DNA from: Diplonema japonicum
Lineage: Eukaryota; Protista; Euglenozoa: Diplonemea
Length of the DNA stretch: 64,000 bases
Reading direction: 5' to 3'
Assembly (NCBI GenBank): GCA_964019335.1
Contig: OZ025688.1
Coordinates: forward strand, 434,001 to 498,000
Part shown: in pieces, positions 11,956-23,018 of the stretch
Layout: the number at the start of each line of letters is the position of its first letter
How positions within the stretch are numbered: position 1 is the stretch's first letter
Program-made: the position numbers and the translations under genes
The notes under the pieces: model-generated
Database searches by the model: none
Told to the model about the DNA's origin: nothing
The model's input: only the letters and a program-made list of their open reading frames with translations

Positions 11956-14226
11956 ATGCCTGAAGCGTCCCCACCGTCATCCCCAGCACGATGGCTGGAA
12001 GATAAAAAGGTAAAGAAATGCGGTGCGTGCTTGCGAAGCTTCACACTGACAAAGAGAAAGCACCACTGCAGGGCATGCGGCGACATTTTTTGCAACAGTT
12101 GCAGCAAAGGCGCAATGTCAGTAGATGGCTACAAGGGTTCAGTGCGGGTTTGTAACAAGTGTCTAGGAGGAGGCGCCATATGGGATAGAGATGAATACTT
12201 GTCCTCAGAAAGTGAAGAGGAAACCCTTACACCACCTCTATCGCCTCGTCTAGCAGCCCAGCCACAATCACACCTCAACACCATCAGCGGTCTTTTGAAA
12301 ACTTCTTCAAAGGTATCCAACAGTTTCCCTTCAGATAGGTTCTCAGCCTGCTGCCACCCACATGTCAAGGACTGCAGCGTGTCTGTTGTCTTCCCCTCCG
12401 AAAGGTCGTTCGCAGACACTTTAGGTATCTTGAAAGACGTTTCAAAAGCTGCGGACGATGGTTCCCTTCGTTCCCTTCGAAAGCCGTATGCAGAGGCTGC
12501 CATCAACACCACTTCACCTGTTTCTTTTGGGTGCCCTGTCTGGGAGGTCCCTCACAACCTCACCCAAATCGTTGTTCCCTCAGATGGCCCCTGTAAGGAA
12601 GGCCCCTTCATCGGCACCAAGGTGCTCAACGTCGCTGGTCAACGTGAGGACAAGGCTGCCCTCCTCTCGACGTGCATCGCGGAGATCGCTTCCAACGTAG
12701 TGATCGGCCGCCACGGCAGGGTCGACACTAGTGTTAAGGCACGACAGCTGGCACAGTTCGTGGGGTACGTGCTCCGCAGGAGGGGCTTGCAGGGCGTCAA
12801 CGTGCGCATGCGGTTTTGCAGTTTGCTCAATGCGCTCAGCATCACCCCGAAGGAGATGGCGTACTTTAAAAACCAGCTAACGCTGCTGAGCGGGTTCAAC
12901 GGTGCGCTGCGGTGCCCCTCCCCATCCCCTTCCCCTGACAGGAACACGTCGGCTCCCATCCCTATGTGTTCCTCCCCTGTGCATGGACCTCACTCCTCGT
13001 CACCCGAGCAGCTTACCATCTCCCCCGGCATCTTCTCCTCTGGTGCGGGGTCCTTGATGTCAGTCGATTCCGTAAGTGATGTGCCGCCCATGGACCTGGG
13101 CACCGCTTTCTTTGACTTCCCTACGGCAATGGCAGAGATGGGTGTGGACTACTCGTATCTGAACTTCGTGGCGAACTGGCCGCTGTCGCTGCGTCTGGGG
13201 AACCAACCTGCGTCGAAGCACAATGCGACCCACGACATGGGGCTGAAGAAACACCTGCAGTGGCTGGTGCTCGATGTGTTGGAGGCGCTTGCGGCAGTGA
13301 ACGTACACATGGATCTGCCGATCTGCATGGAGGACCCCTGGAGGGTCACGCTGCCGAAGGTGCGGAGTGCCGTCAACACACTGTGCGAGGGGAGCACTAC
13401 CGAAAAAGAGAAGGTGCTGGCATGCAATCTGTTCATGGCGGTGAACCTCCTAGCGGAGCTCACAGGAAACAAGGGTTCCAACTTCCGCCGTCGTGCAGCA
13501 GAGCTTCTGCAGCTGTGCCTGCTGGAGCATATCTTGGGGACCATACCGTTTTTCAACTGTAAGTCGGGCATTGATAGAACTGGGGTCTGCAATGCTTTGT
13601 GGGCGGCCGTGTCGCAGCTGATGTCTTCGGCAGAGCCGCCACCGTTGTGGCTGGTGTACTACCTGGCGATGAATTATTCACTGGTGTTGAAAATAAGCAA
13701 AGGTGTACATGGGTGCGTGAAGGCAATTCCTGTGTGTCAGTTGACAGAGAGCAACTTCGTCCACGCAAGCATGTTGCTCCCTCACCCTGCAGGGGGGTCG
13801 AGCGATGCCCAGGAGCTAATTCTTTACTCGAACATCGAAGAGCTGTACCAACTTGTTGCCTCTAAGGGAACACTTGGGAGCGCTATTGAGGAGCTATCAT
13901 ACAGCAACATAGCGACCTTATTCTTCAGCACCGGTGAGTCCTTGGTCCCAAGGCTGCAATACAGTTTTTTCGTAAACGTCTTGGGCGTGGCTGCACGTGT
14001 GTCCTGTATATCTACAGGGGTGCATGGACTTAAGTATGGGGATTGTGGGAAGATCCCTGGTCACCACAATGCTCTTGCCGCTCAGTTTCTTCCTTCTTAC
14101 ATGAAGACCCCTTCACAGAGTATTAAGGTTACCGGGCTTAGGCGCAACTTGGCAGGGACGGATATTATAGTGACAAAAGAATTTGCGGTGTATCTTGTTG
14201 CTGCTGCAGACGCAAGGGGGACATAG
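11956..14226 (+). CDS. FYVE-domain protein with CX5R phosphoinositide-phosphatase-like motif
   Basis: FYVE: WLED..CGAC..RKHHCRACGDIFCNSC..VRVCNKC. FFNCKSGIDRTG resembles the SopB/IpgD/INPP4 P-loop. Confidence 0.8.
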   Translation: MPEASPPSSPARWLEDKKVKKCGACLRSFTLTKRKHHCRACGDIFCNSCSKGAMSVDGYKGSVRVCNKCLGGGAIWDRDEYLSSESEEETLTPPLSPRLAAQPQSHLNTISGLLKTSSKVSNSFPSDRFSACCHPHVKDCSVSVVFPSERSFADTLGILKDVSKAADDGSLRSLRKPYAEAAINTTSPVSFGCPVWEVPHNLTQIVVPSDGPCKEGPFIGTKVLNVAGQREDKAALLSTCIAEIASNVVIGRHGRVDTSVKARQLAQFVGYVLRRRGLQGVNVRMRFCSLLNALSITPKEMAYFKNQLTLLSGFNGALRCPSPSPSPDRNTSAPIPMCSSPVHGPHSSSPEQLTISPGIFSSGAGSLMSVDSVSDVPPMDLGTAFFDFPTAMAEMGVDYSYLNFVANWPLSLRLGNQPASKHNATHDMGLKKHLQWLVLDVLEALAAVNVHMDLPICMEDPWRVTLPKVRSAVNTLCEGSTTEKEKVLACNLFMAVNLLAELTGNKGSNFRRRAAELLQLCLLEHILGTIPFFNCKSGIDRTGVCNALWAAVSQLMSSAEPPPLWLVYYLAMNYSLVLKISKGVHGCVKAIPVCQLTESNFVHASMLLPHPAGGSSDAQELILYSNIEELYQLVASKGTLGSAIEELSYSNIATLFFSTGESLVPRLQYSFFVNVLGVAARVSCISTGVHGLKYGDCGKIPGHHNALAAQFLPSYMKTPSQSIKVTGLRRNLAGTDIIVTKEFAVYLVAAADARGT

Positions 14227-14889
14227 CGAGTGGGGAAGGGGGGGGGACAAAAAAATGTCTTCAATGACCTTTTTTTCTTTCAATCAAGACACACTTTTTT
14301 TTATGTTTTTCATCTTCTTTCCGTAGCACCACTCTTATGCACCCCCCCCCCCCCCCCCCCTCGTTTGGAATTTTTTATTTTGCAATATGGTTTTAAAAAA
14401 AAAAGGATAATAAAATCTGTATTTCTTTTTGTGCCGAGTAAGGATTCTCTTCTGCAGGTTTTTTTTAGCTTCCCTCCCCCCCCCCCCCCCCCCCTACTCG
14501 ACAACAAGGCAAAGCAAAACGACAAATTTTACCATAAACATTGTGTTTTATTTTTTTTTATTTTGTTTTTATCTGTCCTCCTTGAATGCAAAAGAAAAAG
14601 GGAAAAAGTACATCATGCCTTACAAAAGGGGAGGTTTTTTTTTCTTTTTTACAAACATTTTCCTTCCGTAGTGGTCCTGTGGTGGTTCACTTTGGAGGGG
14701 CACGGGTGTATTTCATTACATCGAACGAGCAGGCCGGTGCCACCGTGGTGTTGCACTCACAGTCTCCACCATCTCCAGCAGTCGCCCTTGAAGTTGTTCT
14801 TGTGAGGGGACTCGAGTGAGGAGAAATCCTTAAGAAATCCTGAAAATAGGTTGCTATGCATTTTATATTCACACGTGCAAGAATTCTTT

Positions 14890-14929
14890 TGGCGGGCCGT
14901 TGCTAACCACTTCGTTCCTATCATAGTGA
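14890..14929. repeat. 40-bp dispersed repeat, copy 1
   Basis: tggcgggccgttgctaaccacttcgttcctatcatagtga is identical at 53106-53145. Degenerate copies occur in each tandem-array spacer (e.g. 26073-26140). Confidence 0.85.
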
Positions 14930-15729
14930 ATTCTTTTTCGAAACTGAGACCTAGTACTGACCAAACCCCCTTCCCTTTTTTAGGGCATGCGGCTTTCGTC
15001 TCAGCGCACCAAATAGGGCTGAATGCTAATTTGAATTCTTTTTTGCTTTTTTCACCATCTTATCTTTATTTTTTAAGAATGAAAAAAAGAAAAAGAAAAG
15101 AAAAAAATGAAAGATATCTGCAGAAAAAAATGAAATATCACCGTAGGGGGGGGAGGGTGGGGGGGGGGGGGGGCATTTTTCATTTTTTCAACAAACCGCA
15201 GGATGGTGTTTTTTACCGGTGATTTCTTTTCCCGTTTTACAGCAATTCGGAGAATTCTGCTTTTTTGTAATGGCACGGTACAGTACGGCGTTTTGAGTGG
15301 CATCTATTGTCTTTTCTGTTTCATTTTTTTTTTCTCCTTCATTTCTTTCCAAAATCAGCCATTTCGCCCCTTTTCTTTGAGGCGAATAAGGCAGCGACCT
15401 GTGCTCGTGCTGTTCCTGAGAGCACAGAGACACTGCAAATCACACTATGTAGGTCCCCTCCCCCCTCCACACACCACTTTTCCCATTCTTTAAGGGGGCC
15501 ATTCTTCACAGCCCTCCCCCCCTATTTTTATGAGACGTTAACCGTAAAGGAAAAATAATAATAAAAAAAAAAAAAACGTAATTAGAAGAATAAACCCTTC
15601 TACCCCCTTCCCCATTTTTGTTTGTCTCTCCCCCCTCAATTTTGTTATGTCGGATATTTTTTATTTCTCTTTTCATACTATAAAAAGAAATTCGAAATAC
15701 AGAGGGGGAAGAGCGAGGGGGGGAAAGAA

Positions 15730-18402
15730 ATGAACGAAGAGTTTTTGGATGAAACATTAAGGAGAATACGAGCAATGGTGGCGGAACGGGGGCCTACCAA
15801 GGCACAGGTGTGCGGGCTGATCAGCGATATGGCGCTGAAACTTGACGAGGAGGCCAACACTGGCGATCTAAAACTGTTTGTAAGCCCGGCTGTGAGCCCT
15901 GCTTCTACTGGCCCCACATCACCGGAGTTTGGCTTCAACTTTGAAGAACTGAACTCATCCGGTAACTTGCTGGGAGAACCACGTTTAGCTTGCTCTCCTG
16001 TTCATCAGCGGGACATCAGACAGTCATTGTCAGACTCCGAGCTAGGCAAGCGTATCCGAACGCTTTCCATCACAGCGGCAGCCGCGTCTGCGTTTGATCA
16101 ACAAGACGGTTCGTGCAACCTTAGAATGGATATCCCATCGCATCAACCCCTCACACCACGATCCGAAACACGTGTACAGCTCCGCAAAAAAGTTCAAAAC
16201 CTACGGCCGTGCTTCGACGCGCAGCCGCTTGTCATCGCAATGTGCGGCCTACCAGGCACGGGGAAATCCTACACCGCTCTACGAATTCAACGCCACCTCA
16301 CATGGTCAGGCGTTTCCGTTAAGATTTTCAACTCCGGTGATTACCGAAGACAGGTTATCGGCGGTGAACAAGGCGCGTCATTCTTCGACCACTCCAATGA
16401 GAAAGGCCGGTCGCTCCGTGACGAGATGGCAAAGCTTGCCATGAAGGATCTTCTTAAATACATGCAAACAGGCGGGCAGGTGGGCATCTTCGACGCCACC
16501 AACACAAACATCAAACGAAGAAACGAAGTTGTCACCTTCTTCAAAAACGAGGGAATCCCGCTGAACAGGATCCTGTGGTACGAGTCCATCTGCGACGACG
16601 ACGAGCTCATCAGGAGGACGGTCCTGACGGTGAAGTGCCAGAACGAAGACTACACAAACCAGGACAAGGAAAAAGCGTTCAGGGATTTCATGGCGCGGAG
16701 GGAGAACTACGAAAAGGTGTACGAGTCCCTTACACCCGGAAGGGACGCCAAGCTTTCCTACATACAGAACAAAAACGTAGGCTCCGTCATCACAGCCAAG
16801 AACGTTGTTGGAAGGCTGCCCAACAACGTTCTACAGTTCACAGCACAGCTTCCCACTGTGGCAGCTCCTATCTTCTTGGTGGAATGCGATTCACAAGAAG
16901 CTGACGCGGTTCTTGGTGGCGACACACCACTGTCAACCCGGGGTATTGAATTCAGTAAGAAGCTTCGGGCATGGTACGAAAAGAAATACAAAGCACCCTG
17001 CATGGCTGAGTGGGAGAAGAAGAACTGGGAGGTCTGGCACTCCACAAAACGCCGTGCTGTAGCCATGGCGGATGAGCTTGGCACTTCACCTCACCTCACC
17101 CCGATGCCTTGGGAGGTGCTTGAGGAGCTCAACTTCGGGTCGTGGGAAGGTCTTCCTCCATCGGCACTTAACAGCAAGCAAGAGTACGCCCGGATCCAGG
17201 AAGACCCCTTTTTCACACACTTTCCCCACGGGGAATCTCTCTACCAGCTGACGCAAAGGCTGGAACCCGTGCTTTCACACTTGAACACCATGCAGACTCC
17301 TGTTGTTATTTTGTCTCATGAGGTATTGGAATATTGAAAAAATAACTATTTATTTAGTGAAAATAAGATCGTATGATTTTCACGCGTGGTGGCAGTGGTT
17401 TAACGAGTGGGTATATGACTTCACGAGCGAAGCGAGTGCAGTCATGAATGTCTACTTCACGAGCGAAGCGAGTGAAGTAACATCAACGAGTTAAACATGC
17501 CACCACAAGTGAAAATCGGATCTATTTTCACTAAATCCGTTGTTTTATTTAACGTCAGTCAGATTTGAAAGGGTGGGGTATTACAGGTTACAAGTTACAA
17601 GTTAAAATTTTACTGGGGGTGCTTATGGTTGATATTGATTGTCAAGGCATATCCTGTGTGGTGCGGGCTGTGCGTCCATGAGTGCTGACAGGACCTCGGT
17701 CTGGACCTGTGAGGCTGCTGCCTGGGTTGTTGAGGTTGCCCCACTAGCAGCTGTCACCGCTGCTGGCTTGCCAAGCCCACCTCTCTCCCCTTCTGTTGAG
17801 AGAGGCGACCAGATCCTTGAGTGACGTAAAAAGTGAGATTCCCAGATTCGAACCGGGGTTTCCAAAACAAGAGGCCTGTGTGGTAACCACTTAGGTGATT
17901 TCTTTTCCGTGTTTGCGCCCCCAACCCCTTGCTGTGCAGTGAAAATAGGGCAAGCGAATATAAAGTACTTTATATTCACTCATAAGGTAATTTTCATTTC
18001 TGCCCTGTTTTCTTCCTAAAACAAGCCTGAAATCTGCAATGAAAATAAAGTGAAGCGTGAAATAATGTGAAATATTATATTCACTCCCACCCTTGAAAAT
18101 CTGACTGGAGTTATATAAAAAAAAAAAAAAAAAAAAAACAAATAACACAGCATGTATTGAGGTGTTTGCTTGCGTACTGCATGCACAGGTTACCTGAGGA
18201 CATGGTCACCATAAATTTACCGTCTGAGGCAATTTTCCAAGTATGAGGGGGAAGGGGTGGGGATAGGGAGAAACAAAAAAAAAAACAGGTACACCTAGAG
18301 GCATCGCCCGAAAAAACCTGGCTAGAGATGTATGATTTGAAGGATGACAGCAACTTGCTGAAGTCCACAAAGTTAAGTTCGAGCCAAATGGTTAGGAATT
18401 AA
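15730..18402 (+). CDS. PFKFB: 6-phosphofructo-2-kinase/fructose-2,6-bisphosphatase family; join(15730..17322,18151..18240,18289..18402)
   Basis: Kinase motifs MCGLPGTGKSY, IFNSGDYRR and IFDATN. Splicing gives VILSHE|HVLRCLLAY..., matching the FBPase-2 C-terminal motif. Confidence 0.9.
17323..18150 (+). other. 828-nt GT-AG intron containing a mobile element
   Basis: gtattgg...poly(A)-caaataacacag; joins conserved SHE to HVLRCLLAY in frame. Confidence 0.88.
17338..18113 (-). mobile_element. Second Crypton-like non-autonomous element, inside PFKFB intron 1
   Basis: ~200-nt branched hairpin at 17338-17546 with two cacgagcgaagcgagtg arms. IR cagtcagatttgaaagggtggg (17556-17577) / cccacccttgaaaatctgactg (18086-18107), 20/22 match. 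Same layout as 10503-11477. Confidence 0.7.
18241..18288 (+). other. 48-nt purine-rich GT-AG intron
   Basis: gtatgagggggaagggg...aaaaaaaaaaacag; contains an in-frame stop. Confidence 0.75.
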
Positions 18403-19425
18403 AAGAGGAGGGAAGAAGATTTAAGTATTTTTGCCCCCCTGCCCAGGGTTTGTGACAAAAATGTTTTTTTTTGTTTTATCTCCCCTTCAACAGTAATGGT
18501 GGTTTTTCTCCCCCCCCCCCCCCCCCCGCTCTCGTTTTTCTTTCGCCCTTTTTCCTTTCCACTTTCCCTTCTTTTTTTTATTCTTTTACACTAATATTAA
18601 ATGGGAATCGCCTCTTCGCCTTTAAACACGACTAAAGGGAGGGGGGCGTTTTTTTTTTTTTTTTCTTCATTTCATGATTTTAAAGGAAGGGGTGTACACC
18701 CATTTGCTCATGTTGTAACATGTCCTTAAGAAAAAGAGGAGAAAAAAAAAGAAGAAGAAAAAAAAAGATTTCATCCAGTGGCGTAGACTAAGTTGGCGGG
18801 GGGGAGGGCAATTAAAATAAACTGAAGTTTCTTTAAATATTTTCTCCCTCCCCCCCGCCTCGGTTTTTTCTTTTTGGTGGTAGGGACGGCGGAGATAAGA
18901 AGGACGTCACCGGTGCTGTTGACCGCCGGTAGCGCTCTTTTTTTTTTTTTTTTCTTTTTTTTTTTTTCCTCCGCATCGTGTTCCCATCCAATTCTTAAAA
19001 GAAGACCATTCTTGTCGATCTCTTCGAAGAACCTTCCCGCTGTCTAAGAATTAACAGTGGGGAGGTGTTCGCTTATGCAACAGGGACGTATGTTTATTTT
19101 CCAGCAGTTTTTTTTTCTTTCTTTTTTTTTTTTTTTTATATTTTTTGTTGTTTTGCTGCCTTTTCTTCGTCCGCGATGGTCTTCCTGTTCCATGGTGTAA
19201 GAAGGGACCGCTACAACCATGTCGTTGGCTTGGAGATAGAAAACATTGCACTAAGCCAAAAAGCAAGTAGACATAAACGATTGGGAGCGCATCAGCTAGG
19301 CGGGGTTGAAGCGTTTCTTTTTTTTTTTTTTTTTTTTTCCCCTACCTCCCACTGAAGGGGGGAAAGGAAAGGAAGGGGTTTAAAAAAAGAAAAAAAAGAA
19401 AAAAAAAAAAAGAAAAAGAGGAAGA

Positions 19426-21149
19426 ATGGCCCACATCGGGGTACCTGCAAATGTTGAGGAAAAGCTTGACTTACCATTAGACCAGCTCATTGCGACGAAT
19501 AGCCAACACAAGGCGAAGGGGATGTCTGCCCCGCAGGTTTGTAAAAAGATTTTTTTTTAGAATCAAATATAGAACACCACAGTCGAAGGGACGGGGTAAA
19601 GGACGGGGAAGGGGGCGGGGCGAACCTAAGCCAGCTCCCACTGCTGTTGCATCTTTCTCAATGCCCTCGACCACGGAGCTAGTCGTACCTGTCTTGACGC
19701 CACCCCAAATGCTTGAGAGCGTGCAGAAAAACAACGAAACAAGGGTCCGACAGGGGGTAAAGGGTGGTAAACACGGCAAAACGGGGAAGAACGGGAAGGG
19801 TTTCAAGGGCAAAGGGAGAGGGCTCCCGCAGAACCCACCTATCCAGTCCTTCGTGGGTCTCCCAGATACGAGCCTTGGGAGTATGGTGAATAGCATGGCA
19901 CCCGTAGACATCCCGCTTGGTGGCATGGGTATGCCTTTAGGAAGCGTCCCCATGTCCCCCCTCGCGACCCTCTCCGTTCCTGTCAACAATCTTCCCCTCC
20001 CTGCCCCTACAGCCAATGACATGCTTATCGGCCCCAAGATAACACAAGGCGCAGGCTTTCTCCCCAACACGCCTCCCATGCTGCCTCAGATCGATTCTGT
20101 CGCTAACATGGAGGTCTTTCAAGCAGCGCAGAATGCACAGGTGCAAGCACAGGCTGCACAGAAAGCGCAAGCTGAAACCTTAGTACAGATGCAAAAGGTG
20201 CAGAGTGAGATGGACAGCTTGAAGACACAGTCGCGGGTGCAGCAGAAGGCGGACGAAGAGAACCTGTCGCGTGTGCTCAACAACTTCATGGAGTACAAGC
20301 AGGTGTACGAGCAGCAGGCCTCGAAGCAGCAGGAGACCAACGCGATGCTGCTGGACATCGTGCAAGCACAGCAGGAGCAGCTTAAGAAGCAAGCCACTCA
20401 GCAGCAGCAGCAGCATAAGGTGAATGTCGAGCAGCTTAAACCGCAGAGGAAGAACATCAAAGCAGTCACCGCAAAGCCCCACGAGGCATCTGTCAGCCTG
20501 GCTGAGTCACAGTGGTCTCAGAACCGACAAGTATGCAACACCTAGAGGCAAACCAGCACCACAGAACATTCTTGACAAAGCGCGTGGCACCACTAAGGGT
20601 GTGCAAAGCCAGTTTCAGCAGGCGCAACAGTCGCAGCAAATTCACCAACAGTCGCAGCAGGGAGGGAAACAACAACAGCAACAGCAGCAACAACAGCAAC
20701 AGCAGCAACAACAACTCCAGCTTTTACAGCAGCAACTGCACCAGCTGCAGTCCATGCAAGGGTCACAGCAACAGCTTGCTCTTGCTGCAATGCAGCAACA
20801 GATACAGCAGCAGCAGCAACAACAACACGTGCAGCAGCAACAACAGATACAGCATCAGAAGCACAAACAGAAACAACAGGAACAGCAACAGCAGATGCAG
20901 CCCCAGCTCCTTCAGCAGGCGCAGGTCCAGCAGTTTTTGTTGCAACAACAACAGCAGCAGCAGCAGGCACAGCAGCTTCAACAGCAACCAGTACAACAGC
21001 AACAGATACCGGACCAGCATCAGAAGCCTCAGCAGGTATGCTCAACCTAAAGTATAAGCACTCCGCAGACGGAAGAATTGAATTCCCAGATCCAAGCACT
21101 TCTGGCAACAAACCCAGAAGCCTTCCAATTGCTTTTAAGACAACAGTAG
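19426..21149 (+). CDS. Low-complexity protein with N-terminal UAP56-binding-like motif, RG-rich segment and polyQ; join(19426..19536,19583..20530,20565..21035,21069..21149)
   Basis: EKLDLPLDQLI resembles the ALYREF/Yra1 motif KMDMSLDDII. Three phase-0 GT-AG introns (46, 34, 33 nt) join the separate ORF-track frames. Confidence 0.75.
19537..19582 (+). other. 46-nt GT-AG intron
   Basis: gtttgta...caccacag; the internal T-run+AG would give an immediate stop. Confidence 0.7.
20531..20564 (+). other. 34-nt GT-AG intron
   Basis: gtatgcaacacctagaggcaaaccagcaccacag; links the two Q-rich frames. Confidence 0.8.
21036..21068 (+). other. 33-nt GT-AG intron
   Basis: gtatgctcaacctaaagtataagcactccgcag; contains an in-frame TAA. 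Confidence 0.7.
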
Positions 21150-21211
21150 CTGCACGAAGTGTTTAGTGTTTATTTCTTACACTGTTGTCACAACCAGCCA
21201 CCAAGGACAAC

Positions 21212-22621
21212 ATGAGCAGGCAGAATCTCCCTGCGAACCAGCAGCGACATGACAATGTGTCGGCGGTGAGGCTGAAGGCGGGTGGGTGCAGGTTCGAGAT
21301 AGCCTGCTATAGGAACAAAGTGCAAAGTTATAGAAATGGCGTGGAGAAGGACATCGAAGAGGTGCTGCAGATCGAGAGGGTGTTCACGAACGTGACGCAA
21401 GGGATGTTCACTAAAATCGAAGACGTGCGGAAGCACTTAGGGCCCAAGATCCCGAAGAGCAAGACGATGAACGACCTCGAGTTGGAGCGGGCTGCGTGTC
21501 TGCTGATCCTCGACACCGGAATGCTGCAGCTGAACGAGAAAGAGCGGCACGCAGAGGTGGACGGCATCCTTAACGACATCGCAACCTTCATCGCTGAGAA
21601 GACGGTGCACCCGGAGACAAGGCGCCCTTACCCGCCCACCATGGTTCATTCTGCGCTCAACACACTGGGTTTCACCCCGAACACACGTAAACCTGCGAAG
21701 ACCCAAGCACTGGAGGCTATCAAACAACTGTCATCATCGGGGGTTCTTGCCTTAGAGCGCGCCCCCATGCTGCTCAAAGCCGTGCTCACGCAAGGTTCGT
21801 ACGAGGAGTGCTTGAACAAGATCCGCGAGGTACCGGGTGTAACAGTCAGGGCTGCCTCCTTCGAGGCGGCTACGGTAGAGTTCCTGATTCCCCCTGAGGC
21901 CTACCGCACAATCGACAGCATCGTGACCAACAGAGCGAAGAAATGCTCACTGCAAGTGCTGGCGTCGTCCGTCGCACAAGACGGTGAGGTGAAGCTTGAC
22001 ACTTCATCACCGAAGAGAGGCGGGGAAAGGGAAAAGGAATTGGAAGCGGAAGAACAAGTTGAGGATAAACCATCCATTTCAAAAACAGCACAGAAAAAGG
22101 CAAAACGGAGGGGAAAGAAAGCGGGGGATGAGCTGGAACCGCAGCTGGGTGGGAAGTTACTGGCAATAGACGACAGTGATGAAGGTGATTCAAAAGGGAA
22201 GAAAAAGAAGAAGGGAAAGAAAAGAACGGCTGAACCGAAGGAGAAAGTGGTGGCTAAAAAACAAGAAGAGAGTGATAGCGATGACTTCCTGACAGGCAAG
22301 AAGAAACTGCAAAAAGAACGCGAAGAGCGTGAAAAGAAGCGCAAGGATGAACTCCTTCGGTCAGACCCGAACTATTATGACTCTGATGAGTTTGGAAGCG
22401 ATTATTCTGATTTCTATGAAAACGAAGACGAGGACCTTGACATCAACCAAATTCATGCCTTAAAAGAAGCGAAGAAGAAGAAGCAAGCAGAAGAAGAGCA
22501 GCTCAAAAAAGAAGAAGAAGAGAAGGCTAAGCCGAAAACACGTGGCATGGCCAAAAAGAAACGAAAGCAGCGCAACAAGAAAGGTGAGATTATCGAATCT
22601 GATGAAGAAGAAGAAGATTAA
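21212..22621 (+). CDS. SBDS: Ribosome maturation protein SBDS/Sdo1 with charged C-terminal extension
   Basis: NVSAVRLKAGGCRFEIACYRNKV..IEEVLQIERVFTNV; HPETRRPYPPT; AKTQALEAIKQL. Confidence 0.95.
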   Translation: MSRQNLPANQQRHDNVSAVRLKAGGCRFEIACYRNKVQSYRNGVEKDIEEVLQIERVFTNVTQGMFTKIEDVRKHLGPKIPKSKTMNDLELERAACLLILDTGMLQLNEKERHAEVDGILNDIATFIAEKTVHPETRRPYPPTMVHSALNTLGFTPNTRKPAKTQALEAIKQLSSSGVLALERAPMLLKAVLTQGSYEECLNKIREVPGVTVRAASFEAATVEFLIPPEAYRTIDSIVTNRAKKCSLQVLASSVAQDGEVKLDTSSPKRGGEREKELEAEEQVEDKPSISKTAQKKAKRRGKKAGDELEPQLGGKLLAIDDSDEGDSKGKKKKKGKKRTAEPKEKVVAKKQEESDSDDFLTGKKKLQKEREEREKKRKDELLRSDPNYYDSDEFGSDYSDFYENEDEDLDINQIHALKEAKKKKQAEEEQLKKEEEEKAKPKTRGMAKKKRKQRNKKGEIIESDEEEED

Positions 22622-23018
22622 AAAACACCCCCACTTTTTTTTTAAGAAAAAACAAAAAGAATACAAAACCATTACAAAACCTATCCTTTAGTTGATGTTT
22701 TTGATCATTTTCTTTGAAGGGGAGAGAGAAGAATATAGAAGAAAAGAAGGAGAGCCAACCCCTTATCACATCATGGGGGAACAGCTTTTTATTTTATTTT
22801 ATTTTTTTCCAGCTTTTGTGAATTTCTTCTTTTTTTTTTCTTCTTTTTCTCTCTCTTCTTCTTTCCCCTTCCAATCCCACTTTTCTTTTTCGTTGTTTTA
22901 TTTTTTTCTTTTTTCTGTTCACCGTTTTTTATTATGTAGTTCATCCAAGCAACACGCACCGCCACCTCTGTTCAGGTTAATTAGAAGAAGAAAAAAAAAA
23001 AAAAAAAAAAAAAAGGAA

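Noticed and set aside
18776-18800. hAT-like terminus cagtggcgtag
   Set aside because: No matching inverted end or target duplication was found nearby.
19490-21050. Programmed frameshift or stop-codon recoding to explain broken ORFs (also GLDC, PinX1, PFKFB)
   Set aside because: Each break is resolved exactly by a short GT-AG intron; the standard code fits.
22692-23018. 109-aa N-terminal extension of copy 1
   Set aside because: It is a translation of T/A homopolymer spacer. The signal-peptide ATG at 23019 matches the other copies.
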